From positions 288,001 through 352,000 of the forward strand of contig OZ244852.1 of the NCBI GenBank assembly GCA_965220965.1: a stretch of 64,000 nt of DNA, read 5' to 3'. Source of the DNA: Candidatus Marinacidobacterium sp. (lineage in GTDB: Bacteria; Acidobacteriota; Vicinamibacteria; Marinacidobacterales; Marinacidobacteraceae). Made by a program: the position numbers and the translations under genes. The notes under the pieces were generated by a model. The model made no database searches. It saw nothing but the letters and a program-made list of their open reading frames with translations, and was not told the DNA's origin. This document shows positions 28,582-38,031 of this stretch, in pieces (position 1 is the first letter of the stretch; each line of letters starts with the position of its first letter).

Positions 28582-28884
28582 TCAGGTCTTCTTCTCGATG
28601 ACGCGGGCGACCGCGTTCCTGTCGAGCTGGAGCCTGACCGAGTCCGAGACCCGCAACTGGATCACGTCTCCCTGGAGTCCGGTGATCACGCCGTGGATGC
28701 CGCCGTTGGTGACGACCCTGGCGCCTCGATCCAGGCTCTTCAGCATGGCTTCGGTCTCCCGCTGGCGCTTGCGCATGGGCCGGAACACGATCAGATAGAA
28801 GATCCCGAAGATGACCGCGAACAGCAGCAACTGCATGCCGAAGGCGCCGCCGCCCGGGCTGGCCTGAAGAAGGGACGGGAACAT
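28582..28884 (-). CDS. yajC: Preprotein translocase subunit YajC
   Basis: FYLIVFRPMRKRQ and VVTNGGIHG motifs; tgt-yajC-secD-secF synteny. Confidence 0.95.
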   Translation of the reverse strand: MFPSLLQASPGGGAFGMQLLLFAVIFGIFYLIVFRPMRKRQRETEAMLKSLDRGARVVTNGGIHGVITGLQGDVIQLRVSDSVRLQLDRNAVARVIEKKT

Positions 28885-29063
28885 GCGGAGAGAGGGGCCT
28901 TTCTGGCGGTCCGCCCACCCGGGCGGGATGCGAAAAGCCCGGCTTCCCCTCGGCGGGAGAGCCGGGCGCGCGGAACGCCGCAGAATACCACGCGCCGGTC
29001 GCCCGGTCCGTAGAACCCGCGCGGATCAGCCCGGGCCGCGCTTCCGTCCGGGGCCGCGCCGTC

Positions 29064-30230
29064 TCAGCCGGAAACACGGTCCGGTTCTTCCGGGTTCGTG
29101 GTCCTCCAGCGGGAGCGATTCGCCGCATGGAACGAGGCGAACCGGTCCTCGCGGATGGCGTCGCGCAGCTCGGCCATCAATCGGGCGTAGAACGTCAGGT
29201 TGTGGGCGCTCAGCAGGGTGGCGGCGATCCGTTCCCGGGCCCTCAGCAGATGGTGGAGCCACGCCCGGCAGTACGAGGCGCAGGCCGGGCAGGGGCAGTC
29301 GGGGTCGAGGACGCGATCGTCGTCCCGGAACCGGGCCCGGGAGAGATTCAGCCTCCCCGCCCGCGTGAACACGATGCCCCGGCGCGCCAGCCGGGTCGGA
29401 AGGACGCTGTCGAACAGGTCCACGCCGAGGGCCGCCGATTCGATCAGGTCGGCCGGGAGACCGGCCCCCATGAGGTAGCGGGGACGCTCCGGCGGGAGCG
29501 CTTCGGCGGTGACTCCGGTGACGCTCCGCGTCGCGTCTCCGGCTTCCCCCATGAGCAGCCCGCCCACGCCGAACCCGTCGAAGCCCTCTCCCGCCGGTCC
29601 GAACGCCGCGAGCGCCCGCGCGTTCGCTTCCCGGGCGGTGGCGGACACCCCTCCCTGGACGATGCCGAAGAGAAGCTGGCCCGTTTCCGGGGATCCGGCT
29701 CTTCGGTGGACGGTGAGCGCGCGCTCCGCCCACCGCAGGCTCCGCGCGGCCGCCCGCTCCACCGCCTCCTCCGGCGCCGGGAGGCTGAGGCACTCGTCGA
29801 GGACCATCGCGATGTCCGATCCGAGATCCCGCTGCACTTCGATCACGCTCTCCGGAGTGAGCTCGTGGAGCGAGCCGTCCCGATGGGAGCGGAGGCGGAC
29901 CCCGGTCTCCGACACGTCGCGCAGCGAGCTCAGGCTGGCGATCTGGTAGCCCCCGCTGTCGGTGAGGATCGGCCGGTCCCAGTCCATGAGCCGGTGGAGG
30001 CCGCCGAGCCGCGCCACCCGCCGGTGGCCCGGCTGAAGCATGAGATGCCAGGCGTTCGCGAGCAGCACCCGGGTTCCGGCCTGGCGCGCCTCCCGGGTGG
30101 TGAGCCCCCGAAGCGCCCCCGATGTCGCCACCGGCATGAACTCGGGCGTGTCGATCGGACCGTGGGCGGTCGTCAGCCGGCCCAGACGGGCGCCGCCGCT
30201 CCGCGCCCGGACGCTGAAGGCCGGGGTCAA
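29064..30230 (-). CDS. tgt: tRNA-guanine transglycosylase
   Basis: TPEFMPV, LTDSGGYQ, LDEC, GIVQGG, PRYLMG, DLFDSVLPTR and zinc site CPCPAC...HN; TTG start overlaps the upstream TGA. Confidence 0.93.
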   Translation of the reverse strand: MTPAFSVRARSGGARLGRLTTAHGPIDTPEFMPVATSGALRGLTTREARQAGTRVLLANAWHLMLQPGHRRVARLGGLHRLMDWDRPILTDSGGYQIASLSSLRDVSETGVRLRSHRDGSLHELTPESVIEVQRDLGSDIAMVLDECLSLPAPEEAVERAAARSLRWAERALTVHRRAGSPETGQLLFGIVQGGVSATAREANARALAAFGPAGEGFDGFGVGGLLMGEAGDATRSVTGVTAEALPPERPRYLMGAGLPADLIESAALGVDLFDSVLPTRLARRGIVFTRAGRLNLSRARFRDDDRVLDPDCPCPACASYCRAWLHHLLRARERIAATLLSAHNLTFYARLMAELRDAIREDRFASFHAANRSRWRTTNPEEPDRVSG

Positions 30231-31108
30231 GACCGGGGGACCGGGACGAACAGGAAGCGGTCGAGGGCGGCGGCGACTCCCTGGTCATCGTTGCTCCCGG
30301 TCGTTTCGAATCCCAGCCCGCGAAGGCCGGCCTCGGCGTTCGCCATCAGGACGCCCGTCCCGGCGGCCCGGAGCATGGAGAGGTCGTTCCAGTTGTCTCC
30401 GATCGCCAGGGTGGAGGCCATCGGGACGCCGGCCGCGGCCGCCACCGATCGGAGCGCTGCGCCCTTGGAGGCTTCCGCGCCGAGGACATCCACCAGCGCC
30501 AGGTTCGTCGCGGCGTACTCGGTGCGCTCGAGGCTCGCCGCGGCGCCGAGGACCTCCCGCAGCTCCGCCTCGGCTTCCCGGCATGGCCCGGGACTGCCGG
30601 CGAGAACCAGATGAACGGGGTCTTCGGCGAACCGCGGCGCCGGGTCGAGCCGAGGCGCCGGTCGAATGGTGGAGAGGTAGCGGCGAACGCGCGGAGAGCC
30701 GGGGTCGCTGGCGCTGATGCGCACGCCCCCGTCACGGTCGCTGATCACGAGCGTGAGCGAACGCCGCCGGCTGATCGCCGCCGTCGTCTCGGCGACCGCT
30801 TTCGGCAACAGGATCTCGGTCAGCGTGGCGTCCCCGCGTCGCACCAGCGCGCCGCCGTGCCCGGCGCGGAAGATCGAAGCGGGAAGCTGGCGAGTGAGGT
30901 CTTCCAGTTCGGCGAACCGCCGCCCGGTGATCACCGCCACCGCGACGCCGGCTTCCTGCGCGCGGAGGAGCGCGTCGAGGTCGCGCGCCGCGATCCGCTT
31001 CACCGAATCCAGAAGCGTGCCGTCGAGGTCCACCGCCACCAGGCCGATTCCGTGCGGCCCGATTCCGGAACGAACGGGCGGCTCAGGCGCCGGCGGCGCG
31101 GTCTCCAT
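30227..31108 (-). CDS. Cof-type HAD-IIB hydrolase
   Basis: DLDGTLL, ITGRR, SKGAAL and IGDNWNDLSML motifs. Confidence 0.9.
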   Translation of the reverse strand: METAPPAPEPPVRSGIGPHGIGLVAVDLDGTLLDSVKRIAARDLDALLRAQEAGVAVAVITGRRFAELEDLTRQLPASIFRAGHGGALVRRGDATLTEILLPKAVAETTAAISRRRSLTLVISDRDGGVRISASDPGSPRVRRYLSTIRPAPRLDPAPRFAEDPVHLVLAGSPGPCREAEAELREVLGAAASLERTEYAATNLALVDVLGAEASKGAALRSVAAAAGVPMASTLAIGDNWNDLSMLRAAGTGVLMANAEAGLRGLGFETTGSNDDQGVAAALDRFLFVPVPRS

Positions 31109-31125
31109 CCCCGCGGGGCGGCCGA

Positions 31126-33264
31126 TCACGGTCCGGGAGGGGTGACCCCGTCCCAGACCCGCACCCGGCGGATGCGATCGCCGGGTTCGATCCGCTCCAG
31201 CACCTCGAAACCGCTGCGCACATGCCCGAAGAGGGTCGCGCGGCCGTTCTGCGCCGGCGTCGGGAGCAGGGTGATGAAGAAACCGGCGCCCCCGGTGTCC
31301 TTGCCGGCCTCGACCATGCCGAGACCGCCGCGCATGAAGGTGCGTTCGTTGATTTCGGAGCGGATCGCCTCTCCGGGCGACGCGCGGCGGTCGCCGGCTT
31401 CGACCACGAAGCCGGGGAGCGGTCGGGACCAGGGCTGTCCCTCGTAGAAGCCGGAGCGCGCCAGCCGCATGAAGCGCCAGACCGTCCGCGGCGCGTCGGC
31501 GATGAACAGCTCCACCTCGATTTCTCCCCGGTTCGTGTCGATCCAGGCGACCGGCGTGAACGGGGGGCGCAGCATCGCGTCGTAGTCGGCGTCTTCGAGA
31601 GTCCCGGCCGGCGCCGGGGGGGCGGGGGGCGTCTCGCCCGCTTGCCGCAGGAAGCGATGCGCCTCGCGGCGAACGGCCCAGACCGGATCGCCGAGCGCCG
31701 TCCGCGCGAAGGCGACGGCCTCGGATCCATCCCCCCGCGCCAGCGCCTCGAGCGCCGCCAGCCGGAACCACGGGGCGGGGCTCCCGTCCGCCTCCGCGGC
31801 GCGGCGGATTTCGGTCAGCCGGGCGCCGAGCCGACCGAGCGCCTCCGCGGCCGCGGCGCGCGCGAACGGATCGGGGTCCTCGAGGCGCTCCGCCAGGGCG
31901 GCCTCCACTTCCGGATCGACGCCGCCTCCGGAGCTCGCAAGCGCGGCTTCCATGCGGCCGACGGCTTCGATCGCGGCGGTGCGGACCTCCGGATCGGCGT
32001 CGGACACCAGGGAGAGAACGAGGAAGTCCCGGATCCGCGGGTCGGAGGCGTCGGCGAGCGCCCGCGCCAGCGCTGTGCGCGCCCGCGGATCGGGGTCCGA
32101 CCAGCCGGACATGAGCAGCCGGAACCCTTCTTCGTCCTGGTGGTGGAGAGCCCGCAACGCCCTCGCGCGAACTTCCGGACTCTCGTCCATGGTCCAGTCG
32201 ACGAGGATGGGAGCCGCCGGTTCGTGGGTCACGTGGGCGAGCGCGGCGGCCGCCGCCCGCCGCAGCGTCGGAGCGGGCTCTTCCAGCATCGCCAGAAGGC
32301 GCGCTCCGACCTCGCCGGGCAGCGGATGTCCCGCCCGCGCGAGCGCCCCGAGCGCCTGGATCGCCTCGCTCCGCACGGCGTCCCCCGGGTGGTTCAGGCG
32401 CGGCGCCAGTTCGCCCGCCGTTTCTGGCGCCCGACCGGGATCGCGGGCGCCGGCCCGCCCCAGACCGCGCACTCCGAGCGCCTGGAGAATCGGGTCCGGG
32501 GCATCGGCCCAGGCGCGATGGAGCGGCAGCAGCGCCGGTTCCGCGAGCTGCGCCGCGCTCCAGGCGGCGACCCACCACTGGGTCCACGGACGGCCGTCGC
32601 GCCCGTAGATCTCGAGCGCCCCGGGAGGTATCTGGCCGCGGACTTCATCGGACGCGCCGAGCGCGGCCAGCGCGAAGAGGCCGAGGCGAGCCTCGTCCCA
32701 CGCGGTGCGCCGCCGGGAGGCCTCCACATCCTCCCGTCGCTCCGCGAAGTCCGGGGTCTCCACGATCCCCGCGAGGTGAGACGCCAGCGCCTCCAGCCCC
32801 CGGGCGCCGCCCTTTCTGCCGATCGCTTCGAGCGCCTTTTCGCGCACCCGCGCCGCCGGATCCGCGAGCGCCGCCTCCAGCCCGGCCAGCCCCTCCTCCG
32901 GGAGCGGATCCTCGAGAATGCCGAGCGCGAAGGCCGCGCTCGAGCGGACCACTCCCGCCTCGTCCTGCGAGAGCGCGAGGAGCAACGGCTCGACCGCCTC
33001 CGGGCGTCCGATGCGGCCGAGCGCCAGCACCGCCTGCCGGCGCGCCTCGGCGTCGGGGTCGAACACCCGGTCCCGCAGCCATCCGTCTCCCAGCGAGCGG
33101 GCGTCCTCGAGCGCGACGATCCGGACGAGCCGCTCGCGCGTCGTCATCGGGGCGGCGGCGGGCTGCTCGCTGGCGGCCGCGGGCTGCCCGCTGGCGGCCG
33201 CGGCGATGAGCGTCGCGCCGATCCACGCGGCCGTCCCGACGGCGAGGCGCCGGGAATCGATCAG
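31126..33264 (-). CDS. Exported HEAT-repeat protein with C-terminal cyclophilin-type PPIase domain
   Basis: Many HEAT/PBS repeats (VR..A..ALG); C-terminal DTNRGEIEVELF..DAPRTV...GFYEG...GKDTGG..FFI...LFGHV. Start uncertain: CTG 33264 includes a signal peptide; first ATG is 33147. Confidence 0.82.
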   Translation of the reverse strand: MIDSRRLAVGTAAWIGATLIAAAASGQPAAASEQPAAAPMTTRERLVRIVALEDARSLGDGWLRDRVFDPDAEARRQAVLALGRIGRPEAVEPLLLALSQDEAGVVRSSAAFALGILEDPLPEEGLAGLEAALADPAARVREKALEAIGRKGGARGLEALASHLAGIVETPDFAERREDVEASRRRTAWDEARLGLFALAALGASDEVRGQIPPGALEIYGRDGRPWTQWWVAAWSAAQLAEPALLPLHRAWADAPDPILQALGVRGLGRAGARDPGRAPETAGELAPRLNHPGDAVRSEAIQALGALARAGHPLPGEVGARLLAMLEEPAPTLRRAAAAALAHVTHEPAAPILVDWTMDESPEVRARALRALHHQDEEGFRLLMSGWSDPDPRARTALARALADASDPRIRDFLVLSLVSDADPEVRTAAIEAVGRMEAALASSGGGVDPEVEAALAERLEDPDPFARAAAAEALGRLGARLTEIRRAAEADGSPAPWFRLAALEALARGDGSEAVAFARTALGDPVWAVRREAHRFLRQAGETPPAPPAPAGTLEDADYDAMLRPPFTPVAWIDTNRGEIEVELFIADAPRTVWRFMRLARSGFYEGQPWSRPLPGFVVEAGDRRASPGEAIRSEINERTFMRGGLGMVEAGKDTGGAGFFITLLPTPAQNGRATLFGHVRSGFEVLERIEPGDRIRRVRVWDGVTPPGP

Positions 33265-34367
33265 GTGAGGGTCGTTTCGCAAAGGGTGTGGCGCCTGATC
33301 ACATCCCGCCGGAGCCCGAAGCCGATGCCTTCGCCGTCCGGAATGGGGACCGCGCCGTCGGGATCCACGGTCACCGGCGGGTCGATCACTTCCTCGACGA
33401 AGTACCGCTCCGACGCGGCCACGTCGCCCGGGAGCGAAAAGCCGGAAAGCGATGACAGGTGGAGGTTGTGCGCCCGTCCCACGCCGCTCTCGAGCATCCC
33501 GCCGCACCACACCGGGACGCCGGCGGCCTCGGCGATGCGGGAGATGTCGCGGGCCGAGGACAGCCCGCCCACCCGGCCGGCCTTGATGTTGATGATGCGG
33601 CACGCGCCCATCTCGAGCGCCCTCCGCGCATCGGCGGGAGACTTGACCGATTCATCCAGGCAGATGGGGGTCTTCAGGCGCTGCTGGAGCGTGCGGTGGT
33701 CCCACATGTCGTCATGGGCCAGCGGCTGCTCGATCATCATCAACCCGAACTGGTCCAGTTCCCGCAGCAGGTCCATGTCGTCCAGGGTGTAGGCGCTGTT
33801 CGCGTCGACCATCAGGTCGATGTCCGGGAAGCGCTCGCGCACCGTGCGGACGACATCGATGTCCCACCCCGGTTTGATCTTGATCTTGATGCGCTGGTAG
33901 CCGGCCGCGAGCTCCAGTTCGATCCGCTCGAGGAGCTCCCGGACGGTGTCCTGGATGCCGATCGAGACCCCCGAAGCGGTGCGCCGCCGCTCGCCGCCGA
34001 GAGCCGCCGCCAGCGATCGCCGGTTCATCCGCGCCCAGGCCTCCCAGACCGCCATCTCGACCGCGGCCTTCGCCATGTTGTGGCCGCGGACTTTGGCGAA
34101 CGAGGGCAGAACCTCGTCGGGGTGGCTGTAGTCCGCCTCTTTCGCCAGCGGCCAGAGGAAGTCCTCGAGCACATGCCGGGCGGTGCGGACCGTTTCGTAG
34201 GAGTAACCGGGATCCCGGTCGGCGACGCACTCGGACCATCCCGCAACGCCGTCCACCAGGGCTTCGACAAGGAAGAACCGCTGGTCGGTGACGCGGGCGA
34301 AGCTGGTCTCGAAAGGAAACCTGAGGTCGAGCTGGAGTTCGCGGAGGGTGATTCGTTCGATTTTCAT
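33261..34367 (-). CDS. menC: o-succinylbenzoate synthase / N-succinylamino acid racemase (enolase superfamily, NSAR/OSBS subfamily)
   Basis: PFETSF, KIKIKPG, VDANSAY, IEQPL, LDES, INIKAGRVGG, WCGGMLE and LPGD motifs. Confidence 0.88.
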   Translation of the reverse strand: MKIERITLRELQLDLRFPFETSFARVTDQRFFLVEALVDGVAGWSECVADRDPGYSYETVRTARHVLEDFLWPLAKEADYSHPDEVLPSFAKVRGHNMAKAAVEMAVWEAWARMNRRSLAAALGGERRRTASGVSIGIQDTVRELLERIELELAAGYQRIKIKIKPGWDIDVVRTVRERFPDIDLMVDANSAYTLDDMDLLRELDQFGLMMIEQPLAHDDMWDHRTLQQRLKTPICLDESVKSPADARRALEMGACRIINIKAGRVGGLSSARDISRIAEAAGVPVWCGGMLESGVGRAHNLHLSSLSGFSLPGDVAASERYFVEEVIDPPVTVDPDGAVPIPDGEGIGFGLRRDVIRRHTLCETTLT

Positions 34368-34550
34368 CGCGCTTCCGGCGGCGCGCCGGACGCCGGGAAG
34401 CCGTTGATCTTACGCCCCGCTCCCCACCGTCCCCCGCCTCTACAATGCCTTTCCCGCCCACGGAACGAACCGACGGGGCCTCCAGGCCGGTTCCGGACCC
34501 GGTGTGACGCGGCGCGGGCCCGCGTGGCGCCGCCCGCCGCCCAAGACATC

Positions 34551-35756
34551 ATGATTCCGGAACCCCGCGGCCTCTCGATCCTGGGCGCGACCGGATCGGT
34601 TGGCGCCACGGCGCTCGAGGTCGTGGATCGCTATCCGGACCGCTTCCGGGTCGTGGGGCTCGCCGCCGGGCGGGCCGGGGAACAGCTCGCCTCGCTGGTG
34701 GACCGCTACCGCCCGGAGGTCGTCGGGCTCGGCGGTGACCGCGAGGCGGACGCGTTCCGCAGTCGTTTCGGCGACCGCTTCCCGGACACGACCGTTGTCG
34801 GGGGCGGCGAGGGGCTCGAGACCGTGGCCCGGTGGCCGGGGGCCGGTTTCGTGCTCTCCGCGATCGTCGGGTTCGCCGGGCTGCGTCCCACGCTCGCCGC
34901 GCTGAACGCGGGTCGGGTCGTGGGGCTCGCCAACAAGGAGTCGCTGGTCGCGGCCGGATCGCTGATGGCGCGGGCCGAGGAAGAGGGAGGCGCGCGGCTC
35001 ATTCCGGTGGACAGCGAGCACGCGGCGATCCATCAGTGCCTCGCGGAACGCTCCGAGCCGCCGCGGCGGCTATGGCTCACCGCCTCGGGTGGTCCGTTCC
35101 GGACGGCGACCACCGAGGAGATGGCCGACGTCACGGTGGAGACCGCCCTTCGCCATCCGACCTGGAAGATGGGGCCCAAGATCACCGTGGACTCCGCCAC
35201 GATGATGAACAAGGGCCTCGAGCTGATCGAGGCCCGGTGGCTGTTTCGCCAGGAGCCGGACGCGGTCCGCGTCGTCGTCCACCCGCAGTCCATCGTTCAC
35301 TCCATGGTCGAGTTCGATGACGGCTCGTTCCTCGCGCAGCTCGGGTCGCCGGACATGCGGATCCCGGTGCAGTACGCGCTTACCTGGCCCGAACGGATCG
35401 GAACCGGCCTGGCGCCGTTGTCGCTCGAGGAGCCCTTCTCGCTCGATTTCCACCCCCCCGACCTCGACCGGTTCCCCTGCCTTCGGCTCGCCCGCGAGGC
35501 GCTTGAAACCGGAGGGGATGCTCCCACCGTGCTGAACGCCGCCAACGAGGTCGCCGTCCAGGCTTTCCTCGAGCGGAGGATCGGATTCCGAGACATCCCG
35601 AGGCTGGTCCGTGACACGCTTCGCGCCCACCGGGCGTCGGAACCCGGCGACCTCGAGGATGTGGCGCGCGCCGACGCCTGGGCGCGGGCGCAGGCGTCCT
35701 CGCTGATCTCGCCCCCGCTTCGGGCGCCGGAACGCCCCGCCTTCGCATCTTGCTGA
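34551..35756 (+). CDS. dxr: 1-deoxy-D-xylulose-5-phosphate reductoisomerase
   Basis: ILGATGSVG, LANKESLV, PVDSEH, TASGGPF, HPTWKMGPKITVDSATMMNKGLE and NAANE motifs. Confidence 0.97.
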   Translation: MIPEPRGLSILGATGSVGATALEVVDRYPDRFRVVGLAAGRAGEQLASLVDRYRPEVVGLGGDREADAFRSRFGDRFPDTTVVGGGEGLETVARWPGAGFVLSAIVGFAGLRPTLAALNAGRVVGLANKESLVAAGSLMARAEEEGGARLIPVDSEHAAIHQCLAERSEPPRRLWLTASGGPFRTATTEEMADVTVETALRHPTWKMGPKITVDSATMMNKGLELIEARWLFRQEPDAVRVVVHPQSIVHSMVEFDDGSFLAQLGSPDMRIPVQYALTWPERIGTGLAPLSLEEPFSLDFHPPDLDRFPCLRLAREALETGGDAPTVLNAANEVAVQAFLERRIGFRDIPRLVRDTLRAHRASEPGDLEDVARADAWARAQASSLISPPLRAPERPAFASC

Positions 35757-37090
35757 CTCTTCTCGCCTTCGTGCTCGTTGTGGGCACGCTCGTCATCATC
35801 CACGAACTGGGCCACTACCTCGTGGCGCGCTGGATCGGGGTCCGGGTGGAGACGTTTTCGGTCGGGTTTCCGCCCACGGTGTACCGGCGGCGCCTCGGCG
35901 AGACCGACTTCACCATCGGACTGCTCCCGCTCGGCGGCTTCGTGAAGATGGCCGGGGACTCTCCCGACGACGACAGCGACGATCCACGACTCCTGGGGAA
36001 CCGGACGCGGGGCGAGCGGCTCGCCATCCTCTTCGCCGGCCCGGCGATGAACTTCCTGCTGGCCGTCGCGCTCCTCAGCGGCCTCTTCTACTTCGGGACG
36101 AACCGGCGCGTGGGTCTGAACGATCCCCCGGTGGTGTCCTGGGTGGCGCCGGATTCCCCGGCCGGCGAGGCGGGAGTGCGCGCCGGCGACCGCATCGCCT
36201 CGATTGGCGGGGAGCCGATCGACGACTGGCGCGCCGCGCTCGAGGCGATCGCCCTCCGGCCGGACCAGGAGGTCCTCTTCGAAGTGGAGCGCGAGGGGGC
36301 GGTCCAGGCCGTCGAGGTCCGGATCGCCTCGGAGGGTCCGGACGCCATCGGCAACGCCGGGATCTATCCGCCGGCGCCGCCGATCGTGGGGTCGGTGGAT
36401 CCCGGAACCCCGGCCGAACGCGCGGGCCTCGCTCCCGGGGACCGGATCGTGCGCGTCGACGGGGAACCGGTCGGAAGCACCCAGGAAGTCGCGCGCTTCG
36501 TGCGCACCGGCGGTATCCGACCCATCGTTTTCGCCCTCGAGCGCGAGGGCGCCGAGATCACCAGGACAGTGACTCCCGAGTTCTGGGACGACCCCGCGAC
36601 CGGAGAGACGTTCCCCCGGGTGGGCGTCCGGTTCGAGCCGCCCTATCGTTTCGTGCGCGCCGAGTCGGTTCCGGACGCCGTGCGCCAGGCGGTCGTCGAG
36701 ACCACCCGCTGGGGCGCGCTCACGCTCGGCCAGTTGGGGAGGTTCGTCCGGGGATCGGCGCCAGCGGAGCAGTTCTCCGGCCCCATCGGCATCGCCCGGG
36801 CTTCCGGAGACGCGATTCGCCAGGGACCGGTGAACCTGATCCTGCTCATGGCGATTCTCAGCCTGAGCCTGGGCGTGCTGAACCTGTTGCCGATTCCGGT
36901 GCTCGACGGCGGCCAGATCGCGGTGCTGCTGTTCGAATCCGTCGCCCGCCGGGACATCAGCCCGAGGGCGCGCCGCACCCTGACGGCCGTCGGCGCCGCC
37001 TTCATGCTGGTGCTGTTCGTGCTCGTGATCTTCCTCGACCTCTCCAAGATCGGAGCGGTCTCCGGCCTGCTGGATTTCCTCGGCGGGTAA
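35750..37090 (+). CDS. rseP: RIP metalloprotease RseP
   Basis: HELGH, PLGGFVKM, AGPAMN, two PDZ domains and NLLPIPVLDGG. Confidence 0.95.
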   Translation: MLTLLAFVLVVGTLVIIHELGHYLVARWIGVRVETFSVGFPPTVYRRRLGETDFTIGLLPLGGFVKMAGDSPDDDSDDPRLLGNRTRGERLAILFAGPAMNFLLAVALLSGLFYFGTNRRVGLNDPPVVSWVAPDSPAGEAGVRAGDRIASIGGEPIDDWRAALEAIALRPDQEVLFEVEREGAVQAVEVRIASEGPDAIGNAGIYPPAPPIVGSVDPGTPAERAGLAPGDRIVRVDGEPVGSTQEVARFVRTGGIRPIVFALEREGAEITRTVTPEFWDDPATGETFPRVGVRFEPPYRFVRAESVPDAVRQAVVETTRWGALTLGQLGRFVRGSAPAEQFSGPIGIARASGDAIRQGPVNLILLMAILSLSLGVLNLLPIPVLDGGQIAVLLFESVARRDISPRARRTLTAVGAAFMLVLFVLVIFLDLSKIGAVSGLLDFLGG

Positions 37091-37118
37091 CGCCGGGATC
37101 GGCGGCCCGCCGGGCCCT

Positions 37119-37967
37119 TCAGGCGATCAGGCCCTTCGTCGCCTCGAACACGATGGCCCCGAAGAGCAGTCCATCCACCCGGTCGAGGACGCCGCCGTGG
37201 CCGGGGATGAGGCGGCCGCTGTCCTTCTGTCCGGAGGCTCGCTTCCAGTAGGACTCGAACAGGTCGCCGAGGGCCGCGGCGGCGGAGAGCGCGGCGCCCA
37301 GCCAGAACGCCGCGCCGGCTCCGGCTCCGGGGGGAAGCGCGCCCGCGAGCCACGGGGCGGCGAAGTGCGCCGTCGCTCCGCCGAACAGGAGCTGGGCCGC
37401 GAAGCCGGCCCATGTCTTTCCCGGACTCAGCCGGGGCGCAAGCCGCGGGCCCCCGATCAGCTTGCCGCCGCCCCAGGCCCCCGCCTCCCCCAGCATGACC
37501 GCGCCAATCAGGAAGAGCAGCGCCTGACCGCCGGCCTCGCCGGCGCTGATCCGGAGCAGGGCCGCGGCGGGGACGCCGATCCAGACCGCGGTGATCGCCG
37601 CCGCGCCGAGCCAGGCCAGACCGCCCCGGGTATGCGGCAGTCGCAGCGCGATCCCGGCGAGCGCGAGCAACAGGAGCGCCCCCGGCAGAGCGCCCAGGGG
37701 GCCGCTTCCGATTCCCCCGACCGCGACAGCGAGAACCGGGACCGCGCCGGCGAGCAGCCCGAAGCCGCCTTCGGGGGCGTGTCCGTCGCCGGGCGCGCCG
37801 CCCGCCGGCGTCTCGCCGAAGGCGGTCGCCGCCAGCCGGACCGCCTCGTGGCTCGCATAGAGCGCGACCAGGAGGATGACGATCTGCCGGACGAACAGCG
37901 GGACGAGGAGGCAGACCGCTCCGATGGCGGCCGCGACCGCGACGGCGCTCAGAAGCCGGCGATGCAT
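37119..37967 (-). CDS. cdsA: Phosphatidate cytidylyltransferase
   Basis: LSPGKTWAG and GDLFESYWKR...KDSG.LIPGHGGVLDRVD motifs. Confidence 0.93.
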   Translation of the reverse strand: MHRRLLSAVAVAAAIGAVCLLVPLFVRQIVILLVALYASHEAVRLAATAFGETPAGGAPGDGHAPEGGFGLLAGAVPVLAVAVGGIGSGPLGALPGALLLLALAGIALRLPHTRGGLAWLGAAAITAVWIGVPAAALLRISAGEAGGQALLFLIGAVMLGEAGAWGGGKLIGGPRLAPRLSPGKTWAGFAAQLLFGGATAHFAAPWLAGALPPGAGAGAAFWLGAALSAAAALGDLFESYWKRASGQKDSGRLIPGHGGVLDRVDGLLFGAIVFEATKGLIA

Positions 37968-38031
37968 GACTCCGGGGCGCTTTCCCGCGGGTTGGCCAGA
38001 GAGAAGGTCGGAGACGCCGAGGCTTCGGGGC

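Noticed and set aside
30227-32587. Apparent long N-terminal extensions or fusions in the ORF track (HAD 786 aa, dxr 765 aa, uppS 556 aa, symporter 674 aa, engB 422 aa)
   Set aside because: The extensions overlap neighbouring real genes and are low-complexity; starts were reassigned to where family motifs begin.
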